A stretch of 64,000 nt of DNA from assembly GCA_050015375.1 (NCBI GenBank), contig JBEKBN010000006.1, positions 454 through 64,453 on the forward strand, read 5' to 3'. Under the pieces are notes generated by a model. The model ran no database searches, was not told the DNA's origin, and saw nothing but the letters and a program-made list of their open reading frames with translations. The position numbers and the translations under genes were made by a program. Of this stretch, positions 29,639 through 39,400 are shown in pieces. The first letter of the stretch is position 1, and every line of letters starts with the position of its first letter. Source of the DNA: Minisyncoccia bacterium. Lineage in GTDB: Bacteria; Patescibacteriota; Minisyncoccia; 2-02-FULL-40-12; IGHO2-01-FULL-4-A.

Positions 29639-30022
29639 ATGTTGAAAACTATTTTCCAATCCAAGTGGTTCACACCGGTTCTTCTGGTTTTACTTGTTGT
29701 CATCGGCGTGGGGGTATATAAAATTTTACCGACGGTCATTATTGCCCGGAAAGAAATTTCCACTCTCAACCAAAAGATCGCCGATGCCGAAAATTCCATC
29801 GCCCAACTCGAGCAAAACAAAGATTTAGCTAACACCGAATCGTATCTTGAACGCGAAGCCCGGGCGAAATTGAATTACAAAAAACCGGACGAGAAGGTTG
29901 TGTATATTTATCAAAATCAATATAATGGCGTGGCATCATCAAGCCAGCCGAGCCCGACCCCCTCAACCACGCCGAAAACCGACATCTGGGACAGGATTTT
30001 GGACTGGTTTAAAAAGGAATAA
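29639..30022 (+). CDS. Septum formation initiator (FtsB/DivIC-like)
   Basis: TM, coiled coil, YLEREARAKLNYKKPDEKVVYI. Confidence 0.85.
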   Translation: MLKTIFQSKWFTPVLLVLLVVIGVGVYKILPTVIIARKEISTLNQKIADAENSIAQLEQNKDLANTESYLEREARAKLNYKKPDEKVVYIYQNQYNGVASSSQPSPTPSTTPKTDIWDRILDWFKKE

Positions 30023-30038
30023 AAAAATATTTAGAATT

Positions 30039-30109
30039 GCGGGATTAGTACAGTGGCAGTACAATTGCTTCCCAAGCAATGGACGCGAGTTCGATTCTCG
30101 TATCCCGCT
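30039..30109 (+). tRNA. tRNA-Gly(CCC)
   Basis: Acceptor GCGGGAT/ATCCCGC; anticodon arm ATTGC-TTCCCAA-GCAAT; T arm GTTCGATTC; CCA not encoded. Confidence 0.93.
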
Positions 30110-30292
30110 CAAAAATCAAAAAATTTTTTGATTTTTGAGCGGGTAAGCGAGCAAATTTATTGCTCGCGTCAAGATGAGAACGCCGGAGCGATGTTTCGCG
30201 AGTGATTGGCGAGCGAAACCGCGAGGCGGTGGCTAGACCGAGCCGCCGGAAGGCGGCGAGAGTCGAAGCCGATTCTCGTATCCCGCTCAAAA
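30092..30292 (+). repeat. tRNA-Gly 3'-end duplication (23 bp) enclosing a ~155-bp structured spacer
   Basis: CGATTCTCGTATCCCGCTCAAAA at 30092-30114 and 30270-30292. Confidence 0.85.
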
Positions 30293-30300
30293 TTGACAAC

Positions 30301-30373
30301 GCCGCCTTAGCTCAGTTGGTAGAGCAGCACTTTCGTAAAGTGAAGGTCCCCAGTTCGACTCTGGGAGGCGGCT
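30301..30373 (+). tRNA. tRNA-Thr(CGT)
   Basis: GCCGCCT acceptor, D arm AGCTCAGTTGGTAGAGC, anticodon loop TTCGTAA, GTTCGACTC. Confidence 0.93.
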
Positions 30374-30432
30374 CACAGTTTTCAATCAAGTTAAACGGTT
30401 CCGTTGCAGGTTCTTTTACAAGGAGGCGACAA

Positions 30433-30987
30433 ATGTGCGAGCGGATAAAACTTAACATTCACGAAAAGGTCGAATTGATCCGGGCCTTTTTCGAAAAGAT
30501 CGAATTGCTTCCAGTAAGAATCGTACCGGGTTCTCTTCCGGCTCAATGTAAGAATATGATCGTTGATTCCGGCTCCGAAAAAGATGTTTGTTTTAATAGC
30601 CTTTTCCTGGCCAATATTTTGATCAAAACATGGAAAAAAATTGGTCGCACAGAAACCATTAATTTAGGCCTGATCGAGCGGATTTTTTGTGATAATTTGA
30701 TGCGAGACCAAATGGGCGGAAAGTCTCCGGATCTGCTGGAAAGGTTTATTTTTTCTGATCCGAGAGAACCTGAAAGGTATAGTCGGCAATTGATTCTGGC
30801 TTTGTTTATGTTAGTTCGGAATCATTTTATCGAGATTAACGGATGCGGTAACATTAGCCGTGGTTCAAGTCCTTTTTTAGAAGCTTATGCGATATGCCTG
30901 ACGCCTCAATGTCCGCCTGACAAACTTTGGCAAGTGGACATGATGGCCGAAGAAATCGCCCGCGCTACAAGACAGGAATTATCCTAA
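30433..30987 (+). CDS. Orphan hypothetical protein
   Basis: AAGGAGG SD before ATG 30433; terminator AGCCATC...GATGGCT-Tn. Confidence 0.6.
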   Translation: MCERIKLNIHEKVELIRAFFEKIELLPVRIVPGSLPAQCKNMIVDSGSEKDVCFNSLFLANILIKTWKKIGRTETINLGLIERIFCDNLMRDQMGGKSPDLLERFIFSDPREPERYSRQLILALFMLVRNHFIEINGCGNISRGSSPFLEAYAICLTPQCPPDKLWQVDMMAEEIARATRQELS

Positions 30988-31048
30988 TAAAACCAGCCAT
31001 CCCCTGCGAGATGGCTTTTTTGTTGAAATATTGATGATGACTGGTAAG

Positions 31049-31342
31049 TCAGTTCTTTATCTTCTCGATGATCTTGTTGGTTTCGAGGATCTTCGGCTGG
31101 GCCAATCGGTAAAAAACCGTGAGCCCCTGCCGGCGGGGAGCGATAATATTAGCGTGGCGCAGGAGCGACAAATGCTGGGACACATTGGCTTTCCGCAAAT
31201 TCAAACCCTTGATCAGATCGGCGACTGCCGTCTCGCCTTTTTTTAAGATATCCAAAATCTCCAGCCGTATCGGGTTGGCCAGGATCTTGTAGAGTTCGGC
31301 TTTTTGCTCGTATTTCTTTTTGTCTTCTTTCGAAACAGTCAT
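31049..31342 (-). CDS. ArsR/SmtB family regulator
   Basis: KILANPIRLEILDIL...NVSQHLSLLR...RRQGLTVFYRL. Confidence 0.92.
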   Translation of the reverse strand: MTVSKEDKKKYEQKAELYKILANPIRLEILDILKKGETAVADLIKGLNLRKANVSQHLSLLRHANIIAPRRQGLTVFYRLAQPKILETNKIIEKIKN

Positions 31343-31473
31343 AATATCGGATTATTGAATGTATTTCTGAAGATCGTCTGAATACTATCTATACTATACG
31401 AAAGGTTGGTGATTTTGGTGCAACGGTTGACCGGTGATTTTTTGCTGTCGGTATAAATTACGGGGGTCTCGTC

Positions 31474-31517
31474 ATAACATGTAGATATTGACCATATGGT
31501 CAATATCTACATGTTAT
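31474..31517. repeat. Perfect 44-bp palindrome upstream of the Cas2/PaaX-like gene
   Basis: ATAACATGTAGATATTGACCAT|ATGGTCAATATCTACATGTTAT. Confidence 0.92.
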
Positions 31518-31546
31518 TGTTTTATAGTTTCTGTTATTATGTATTC

Positions 31547-32113
31547 ATGAAGGCGATAAGAAGAGGAACCCTAGCTTTTAAAATTTTAAAAGGCATTGGT
31601 CTAACGGGTTTGTTTTTAATAAGCATGTCGAACCCGCGTTTTGGGGTTCAGTTATTGACGGGATTTAAAGAATATAACAAAAGGGAGAAACAAAAATTCA
31701 GAGAATCGTTATATTATTTGAAAAAAAGAGGATTGGTAAAAATCATAGAAAACAGTAGCGGCGGCTTTACGGCCAAATTGTCAAAGACCGGAGAAAAAAT
31801 GTTGGAATCTATCGACATTGATTGTCTTGAATTGAAAAATAAGGAATTTGATGGAAAATGGCGCGTGGTTATCTTTGATGTTCCGGTCAGATTGAATATT
31901 AAAAGACACGCTTTTACGGAACGACTGAAAACTCTGGGTTTTATCATGGTTCAAAGAAGTGTATGGATTTGTCCGTTTAGGTGCAGAAAAGAACTGGCGA
32001 TGTTAACCCAATTTTACGAAATTGAGAAATACGTCACATATTTAGAAACATCTTTTGTGGATAACGAAGAAGCGTGGAAAAAAGAGTTTTCACTAATCAA
32101 ACTGGTGGCTTAG
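31547..32113 (+). CDS. PaaX-like protein with wHTH and Cas2-like domain
   Basis: LYYLKKRGLV..LSKTG wing; DGKWRVVIFDVP...LKTLGFIMVQRSVWICP. Confidence 0.8.
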   Translation: MKAIRRGTLAFKILKGIGLTGLFLISMSNPRFGVQLLTGFKEYNKREKQKFRESLYYLKKRGLVKIIENSSGGFTAKLSKTGEKMLESIDIDCLELKNKEFDGKWRVVIFDVPVRLNIKRHAFTERLKTLGFIMVQRSVWICPFRCRKELAMLTQFYEIEKYVTYLETSFVDNEEAWKKEFSLIKLVA

Positions 32114-32140
32114 ATATTCACCATATGGTCAATATCTACA
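32111..32140. repeat. Second copy of the palindrome, overlapping the stop codon
   Basis: TAGATATTCACCAT|ATGGTCAATATCTA, one mismatch to the upstream copy. Confidence 0.88.
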
Positions 32141-32326
32141 CTTGGGGGTGTTGATATTGTGAGCGGATGACATAACCATGTTTCTATAAAAAGAAACACG
32201 GTTTTATTTTCCACAAGTTGACGGTGAAATCCATGAACATTATAATTTCGATATAACTAAACAATTTCCGTCGGAGGCGACTTTGACTTAAAGTAAAAGC
32301 CGAGAAAAACGGGAATTTTTCACGAA

Positions 32327-33637
32327 GTGAAAAAAATAATTTTGAGTTTGGCAGTTATCGGCGCGGTTTCGGTCGGCGTCATCGGAGGGACACGCTCTTT
32401 TTTCAGCAATGTCGAAACCTCGACCGGCAATTCTTTCACCGCCGGCGGAATTGATCTGAAGGTCGGGAATGTTAGTTATTACAACGGCGTCGCTTCGGCC
32501 AGCAGTTCCTGGTCGGCCAAGGATTTGGCGGCGGGAGATTTATTTTTTAATTTTTCTAATTTAATGCCCGGCGATATCGGTGAAAATTTAGTTGACCTGA
32601 ATGTCAAAGGCAATGACGCCTATGCTTGCATGACTGTTGCCATTACCGGAACTTCCAAAAACGGCCAGACCGGCGACAACGCAGGCGAATTGCAAAATGA
32701 ATTACATTTCACTTTTTGGGCCGATAACGGCGACAATGTTCTTGAAAGCGATGAAGTGGGCAAAATTTTTGTGGATAATGAAACTCTGGCGCAAATTGCC
32801 AGCAGTCAGGCGAAGATCATCTTAGCTGATTCGACAAAAAATGTTTGGAATACTGCCATGGTTGCCGGTTCGATGACCAGCGGCCAGACATACCACATCG
32901 GCAAAGTATTTTGTTACGGATCGTTGACCCAAGCCCTGGCCGCGCCCGGCATAAACGATCCGACTAAAGTCAGCGGATTTAATTGTAACGGGACATCGGT
33001 GAGTGATGCTTCCCAAACCGACGGTGTTTTGGGAGATATCAGTTTCACGGCGATCCAGTCGAAGAACAACGGTTCCTTCCGATGCAATCCCGTGGCGACA
33101 GTGACGCCGACCCCGACCCCGATTGCAATCTGGAATGATAATTTCGGAATTGGAGATGATAGCAATATAGTTGACAGCTGGGCCAAAACAAATGGTAACA
33201 CCGCCAGTGTCAGCGCTTATGGTACCTATGCCAAAAAGCCAACCACGGGTGATAATTCGGAAAGCCCCGACAATGGGCGGTTTGCACTTATTGCCGGCAA
33301 AGAATGGATTTGCCATCAGGTTGACGCGACGGGCTTGATGGATTTAACTCTTAGTTATTATTGGCGGGGAGATATTGACGCCGGCGTTTTAGATAATGGA
33401 GTAGTTGAATATCTTATTAACGGCGCCTGTGATTCATTAACTGGCTGGACAACTTTGGCAAATCATCAGCTTATCAAAGATGATTCTGGTAAAACCTCTT
33501 GGAGTGCGCTCCAGACCTTGAACTTGCCGGGCGACTTAAATAATACCCAATTTTTGATTCGCTTTCGCAGCAACTCTTCATCTCAAACGAAAAGCTTTCG
33601 AATTGATAACGTGAGCATGACCGGAATTCCAAATTAA
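32327..33637 (+). CDS. TasA/CalY-like protein with SipW-class signal peptide
   Basis: MKKIILSL...GGTRSFFSNVETSTGNSFTAGGIDLKV; NLMPGD; adjacent to a SipW-type peptidase. Confidence 0.8.
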   Translation: MKKIILSLAVIGAVSVGVIGGTRSFFSNVETSTGNSFTAGGIDLKVGNVSYYNGVASASSSWSAKDLAAGDLFFNFSNLMPGDIGENLVDLNVKGNDAYACMTVAITGTSKNGQTGDNAGELQNELHFTFWADNGDNVLESDEVGKIFVDNETLAQIASSQAKIILADSTKNVWNTAMVAGSMTSGQTYHIGKVFCYGSLTQALAAPGINDPTKVSGFNCNGTSVSDASQTDGVLGDISFTAIQSKNNGSFRCNPVATVTPTPTPIAIWNDNFGIGDDSNIVDSWAKTNGNTASVSAYGTYAKKPTTGDNSESPDNGRFALIAGKEWICHQVDATGLMDLTLSYYWRGDIDAGVLDNGVVEYLINGACDSLTGWTTLANHQLIKDDSGKTSWSALQTLNLPGDLNNTQFLIRFRSNSSSQTKSFRIDNVSMTGIPN

Positions 33638-33666
33638 TTCACGGGTTAACTGATTTACCGGTTCAA

Positions 33667-34536
33667 ATGAAAATAATTTTCAGGATTCTTTATTATTTGT
33701 TTTTCACGGCGGTTATTGTCGTTGTTTTGGCGTTGCTGGTGTCATTATTTCCGATTTTCGGGGGATTGAAGTTTTTCATTGTTCGATCGGGCTCGATGGC
33801 ACCGGCGATCAAAACCGGAAGCGTAGTGATGGTCAAACCCGAAGCCGATTACAAAATCGGGGATATAATATCGTTCAGTTTGGATGAAAAAAATGAAATA
33901 CCCACGACTCACCGCATCAAGGAAATAAAAATCAAAAACGGAATTCAGAAATTTATCACTCAAGGCGACGCCAACAACGCGCCGGACATGGTTGAAATTG
34001 AAAAAGAAAATATTATCGGCAAAGTGATTCTGACCGTTCCTTTAGCCGGATATTTGGTTGCAGTCGCTCAAAAACCGAGCGGTTATCTGGCGCTGATATT
34101 GATTCCGGCGTTCGTGATAATCGGCGACGAAATCTCGAAGATCATCAGGGAAACGAGAAAAAAACGTCAAGAGAAAAGCCAATCAAGCAACAAATCAATC
34201 CCATTCTATATTTTTTGTTTGGGTCTGGGACTTGCCGAGCTTTTACTCCCATCAATTCGCGCAAATTCGTTTTTCACGGCGACTGAAACCGGTGGGTTGA
34301 TGATAGTTGCCGGTTCGTGGTCACACGCCAAGACATCGGGCATCGCTATCGTGGCTCAAGAACCGACTTCTGATTCCGAGATTGACGTTCAAATCGCGAG
34401 TGGCGCTTCGGGAATCGAGTCAAATAAGGATGAACTAGCCCCAGAGCCGGCGGCGCCTCCGGCGCCGCCGGCCCCCGAAATCCCGCCGGCCGAAACCACC
34501 GTGGCGAGTCCTTCCGCCGAAATCATTCATGATTAA
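33667..34536 (+). CDS. sipW: SipW-type signal peptidase I with C-terminal extension
   Basis: VRSGSMAPAI, GDIISF, TTHRI, TQGDANN. Confidence 0.85.
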   Translation: MKIIFRILYYLFFTAVIVVVLALLVSLFPIFGGLKFFIVRSGSMAPAIKTGSVVMVKPEADYKIGDIISFSLDEKNEIPTTHRIKEIKIKNGIQKFITQGDANNAPDMVEIEKENIIGKVILTVPLAGYLVAVAQKPSGYLALILIPAFVIIGDEISKIIRETRKKRQEKSQSSNKSIPFYIFCLGLGLAELLLPSIRANSFFTATETGGLMIVAGSWSHAKTSGIAIVAQEPTSDSEIDVQIASGASGIESNKDELAPEPAAPPAPPAPEIPPAETTVASPSAEIIHD

Positions 34537-35410
34537 AACAAAAGTAAAACCAATTTTGACGGCAATTATTCTGTTTTTCGTTTTTTCGACCATTTTTTTG
34601 TCCGTCGTCAGTGTTCAAGCCGCCGATTTTCAGGTTACCTTCCAAAATCATCCGCTTTTCAAAAACGCCAATTTCATTCCCGGCGATTCGATCACTCGTT
34701 GGATCAAGGTCGTCAACAACAGCGGCCAAAATCAAACCGTCTTGATAAAAAGCGACAATGCCAGCGACCCCAATCACATGGACGGCGCAATGAATCTGAC
34801 CATCAAACAAGGGACCGCCACGCTTTATCAGAATTCTTTCGCTGATTTTTTGAGCGGGGACTTGATCGCTCTTTCTGAACTTGATAGCGGAAAAAGCGCT
34901 CAATATAATCTGACGGTTACATTCGATTTGTCCGCTGATGATCTTTATCAAAACAAGACGCTTGGTTTTAATATTCTTGTCGGTTTTGAACCGACCGGCT
35001 ACGAACAAAGCGATACCGGCACAACTTTTCTAACTGACAATCCCGATAATAAAGTCGAGGTTGTAACAATGACGCCGACGCCTTCGATAATTTCGTCGTC
35101 GCCGACGCCGACTCCGTCGGCGTCGGCGACCCCATCTCCCCGGCTAAAACCCAGCGTGAGTCCAATTTTACTTCGATCATCGCCAGCGCCCGTAATCGTT
35201 CACAATATTTCTTCCGCTACCACGTTATCCGCCAATTCACTTGCAACCCCGAACCTCCCGCCGTCTCTGACGACCGCCAATCCCGTCCGCCAACCCCAAC
35301 TCGCCCTCATTCTCGGCGTTTCCCCGACCCGCTGGCTGATCTATATTTTCATTTCCCTATTTGTCGGTATCGTTTCTTATGTAATTTCAAAAAAGTGGTT
35401 TAAAAATTAA
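34529..35410 (+). CDS. Secreted protein with Pro/Ser/Thr stalk and C-terminal TM anchor
   Basis: Signal peptide, NFIPGD...YQNKTL TasA-like domain, PTPS linker, TM plus basic tail. Confidence 0.75.
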   Translation: MIKTKVKPILTAIILFFVFSTIFLSVVSVQAADFQVTFQNHPLFKNANFIPGDSITRWIKVVNNSGQNQTVLIKSDNASDPNHMDGAMNLTIKQGTATLYQNSFADFLSGDLIALSELDSGKSAQYNLTVTFDLSADDLYQNKTLGFNILVGFEPTGYEQSDTGTTFLTDNPDNKVEVVTMTPTPSIISSSPTPTPSASATPSPRLKPSVSPILLRSSPAPVIVHNISSATTLSANSLATPNLPPSLTTANPVRQPQLALILGVSPTRWLIYIFISLFVGIVSYVISKKWFKN

Positions 35411-36263
35411 AGATCGGAAACGGCGCGCGGATTTGCTTTATTATTTATCCTATGCTAGAGTGTTCGTAAGCTCATTAAGTTTGGCATCGAACCTTCACAC
35501 GAGGAGAGGAGAAGTTTATGAAAAGAATGACCGTTTTGGGTTTGTTTCTGGTGGTTTTCCTGACCGTGTTTGCCGTATCGGTGAACGCCGAGACATTGGC
35601 ATTTAACGGCTATCCGTGGGGACTGAACGACGGTTCCTTCTATGTTGGAGACGCCGCCGGCACGCTGGGGACGAATAATATTGTAATGTGGTGCGTGGAT
35701 CCACTTCACGAAATCACGTTGAGTCCCTGGGATGTTACTGTCGTGTCTCTGGCAAATCCAATCGGACTAAACGGATTGCCCTTGACTGTGGCCGACTACG
35801 AGGCAATGTTTCTCCTCGGTCAGCAGTTCACGAATACAAACCAAACGATAGATGTGGCGCTACAGCACGAGATCTGGTCGTTCGCTAACCCGTCGGCATA
35901 TCCTCTTACGGTAGCCGAGCAAGGGCAGAAAAACGACGCCATAGCAGCGATCGGCGGTTATAACTTTTTGGGCGCTGACGTTCTTGTTCCCCAGGGAGAT
36001 CCTAGCGGGTGGACAGGGCAGGTTTTCGAGACCGGCACCGCGACTATGGTCCCTGAGCCCGCGTTCATCTTACTGTTAGGCCTGGGCCTAATGGGTGTCG
36101 TTCTGGCGGCCGGAGGAAGAAAACAGAAAAACTAACCACCTTTTCGTATACGGTGGCCATTCCTTGAAGGAACGGCCACCGATTTTTTTTATTATATTTT
36201 TAATTTCCCTGTTTGTCGGTATCGTTTCTTATATAATTTCAAAAAAGTGGTTTAAGGATTAAA
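35342..36263 (+). mobile_element. Cassette bounded by ~70-bp direct repeats, carrying the PEP-CTERM gene
   Basis: 35342-35411 (3' end of upstream gene) recurs at 36193-36263 with a few substitutions. Confidence 0.75.
35518..36135 (+). CDS. PEP-CTERM sorting-domain protein
   Basis: Signal peptide; C-terminal VPEPAFILLLGLGLMGVVLAAGGRKQKN; GAGGAG SD. Confidence 0.82.
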   Translation: MKRMTVLGLFLVVFLTVFAVSVNAETLAFNGYPWGLNDGSFYVGDAAGTLGTNNIVMWCVDPLHEITLSPWDVTVVSLANPIGLNGLPLTVADYEAMFLLGQQFTNTNQTIDVALQHEIWSFANPSAYPLTVAEQGQKNDAIAAIGGYNFLGADVLVPQGDPSGWTGQVFETGTATMVPEPAFILLLGLGLMGVVLAAGGRKQKN

Positions 36264-36418
36264 TTGTCAGCAGTGGATAACCTATTGCATTGTTTCGGTA
36301 TCTGATATATAAGGTAGATAGTCACGTTTTTTTCAACTTTCTTAAATCGTCTCACCGGATGGCGCCGACTCCGAACTCTTGTTAGCCGCCAGCACTGCCC
36401 GATGGACCTGTTTTGTTT

Positions 36419-39400
36419 ATGAAAATAAACAAACTTGGGGGGGGGCTTAAGTGGTCGATTTTCGCAACTCTTTTAGCAACCGCTCTAGTAGGCGGATTTT
36501 TTGTACACAATGCCAAGGCGACTGTTAGCACCTGTTCTGATATCACCCTTGGTGTGACTCAAATCACTGCTATCCAAACCTATGCCACCGCTGACAATAC
36601 TTTTGCCGACGGCTGGAAATGGGTTTTCAATGTTACCGTTCCGACTTGCCAAACACTTCTTCAAATGAGATTCGGTGACTGGGTTGGAACCGCTGGCACC
36701 ATTCCAGCCGCGACAAATATTCAATTTTATTCTAATCAATCTACAAATGCAGCCGATGAGGCGCACGCAATAATTATCAGTGCCGCTAATACATATAGTG
36801 GTTTGATGATCCTTTCTGGTGCTGATCTTGATGGGTCAACACCCGGCACCCAGATCCAAATAACAGTTGAAGCGAGAGTTCCAATTGATTCAGCTGGTGG
36901 TTCTTACTCGACAAGTTATGGCATACAATCGAATCCTGCACCGACCGTTCTATTCGTTCTCCCTATCGGTAACATCAATGTTGCTAATGGCACCGCTCTT
37001 GATGCTGTAGGTTTGCCGGCTAATGCTACCGTAGGTTTGAGCAACGGAAACACTCAATTAATGGCAGTCGTTTGGGATGGTGGTACGCCAACTTATGACG
37101 GCACAACAGCTGGCACCTATGCTTTTACAGGTGCATTGACTTTACCTGCTGGTGTTACTAATCCGGACGGCAAAACAGCCAACGTAAACGTAATTGTGGA
37201 ACCAATACCTACCCACACCATTACCTCCTCTGTTGTAGGCGCATCTGTCTTTGGTCCGAAACACGGCACGATTTCTCCTCTCGGTGCAACGACCGTGAAT
37301 GATGGCGACAGCCAGACCTACACGATTACGCCCGATACCGGCTACCAGATTCTTGAGCTTAAAGTGGACGGTGTTTCCACAACGCCGGCCGACAGTTATA
37401 CTTTCACCAATGTCACAACTGACCATACCATTGCCGTGAGCTTTGCCCCGATTACTTATACCTTAACCTATTCCGCCGGAGCCCATGGTTCCATTGTTGG
37501 AACTTCGCCCCAGGCAGTAAATTACGGCGCTGATGGAACAGCCGTGACTGCGACGCCAGCCGAGGGTTATCATTTCGTAGGTTGGAGCGATCAGTCAACA
37601 ACTAATCCGAGAACCGACAACGATGTAACCGGCAATATTGATGTCACTGCCAGTTTTGCAGTTAACCAATATACAATTACTTTTGGTTCAAATGGTGGCT
37701 CAGCCGTAGCTTCCATAACTCAGGATTATGGCTCACCGGTTACTCCACCAGACGATCCAACTCGAGCAGGTTATACCTTCGCCGGTTGGGTTCCAACAGT
37801 TCCGGCAACGATGCCATTAGGCGGAGCGAGTTTAGTTGCCCAGTGGACTGCTGTTGTTGCACCAATCACCCACACTCAAAAGGATCTGACGACTTGGGTT
37901 CCGATTCAGGGTGGAATAACTGCCGATGTAACAATTTCAACAGTAAATAATAAATTCCACGCAGACGGAGTTCCAACTGGATATACTTTGGTGTATTACC
38001 CTAATGTTGGAACTTATGATACCTACACTGGAGAAGTTTATCCTGTAGAGGGCACTAATATGGATCTTCCAATGTCAGATGATTTGAATCGCGGTAAAGA
38101 AGATTACTGCAATAATGGATTTAATCCACACGCAATTCACTGTGATGGCGCTAAGTTGTGGCTTGTTCCAACCGAAGACATATCAACAACAATTAATTCT
38201 GATGGAAGCCAGACATTGGTTGGAGATTGGAATACGATCGCTCCGAATATTTTGTTCGAGACAAATCTGATAACTTATCAAGCAACTCCGATCACTCACA
38301 CCCAAAAGGATCTGAACACCTGGGCTCCACTTCCAAATGGAATAACTGCCGATGTTACATATGACCTGACCGGAGATACTTTCCAAGCGACCGGAGTTCC
38401 ACCTGGATATACTTTGGTGTATTATCCTAAACCCGCAACTTGGACCGGATTGGTCTATTCCGTCATTGGTAATAGCATGACCCTTCCAATGCCAGGTGAT
38501 TTGAATGGTAGTCCATCATCAGATTACTGTACCGTTAGAAATAGTGAGGGGAATTTGGAAAATCCGCATGAAATAATTTGCCAAGGAGCCGCGTTGTGGC
38601 TTGTTCCAACGGGTGAATTAACAGATAACCACGATGGGACTTATACAATTAATTGGGGCACTGCTTCTGATATTTTGTTCGAGACAGACCTGATAAATTA
38701 CACAGCTCCGACTTCTACCCCAAGCGCTAATCTTATTCTCACCGCTCCAGATGCCACAACTATTAATCAATCTGCTTTAGTTCCTGAAACGAGCAACGGA
38801 ATACCCACTGGCGGAAACTCAACAGTTGATACTGCCATCAATGGCCTTAGCCCGATTGCGGTGAGGTTGCAGAATACCGGCGATGCCGCTTCTGCTAATG
38901 TTCGCATCAGCCCGATTGGCGACGCTTCTGGGCACATTCAGTTATGGGCAAAAGATACTTTAGGTAATTGGTATGACATCAATGTTACTGGCTGGGGGCC
39001 AGCCGAAGGTTTTCCAGTGCCAGCCCCATACGATGCCACTACTAATGTCTATGCGATTTCCGACGAAGTAGGATCTTATGACATGATAGCTAATTTGATT
39101 TTGGTAAGTAATTCATCACTCGTTGCGCACACAAAGGGAATAATTACCGTTGCCCCTGCCCCGACCCTTTTGTTTGATACCGGCATCACTGATGGTTCCA
39201 CTATCTTACCGGGTACACTTGCAACTCAGTTCACGATTACAACTACGGGTGTCCCGGGTACGATGCACACGCTTGGGTTAACGGGCACCACAGCAACTCC
39301 AGCTCTTGCAGATGGCAATTATGACTTTAAGCTTGTGGCAACCTCAGACGTGCAAGCCGCTTTGACTTCTTATTTTGGAGCTAAGGCAGGATGGACTTCG

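Noticed and set aside
30202-30432. N-terminal extension of ORF 30202..30987
   Set aside because: Overlaps tRNA-Thr; the SD supports a start at 30433
31474-32140. CRISPR-Cas locus suggested by the Cas2-like domain
   Set aside because: Only two repeats separated by a whole gene; no spacers and no other cas genes
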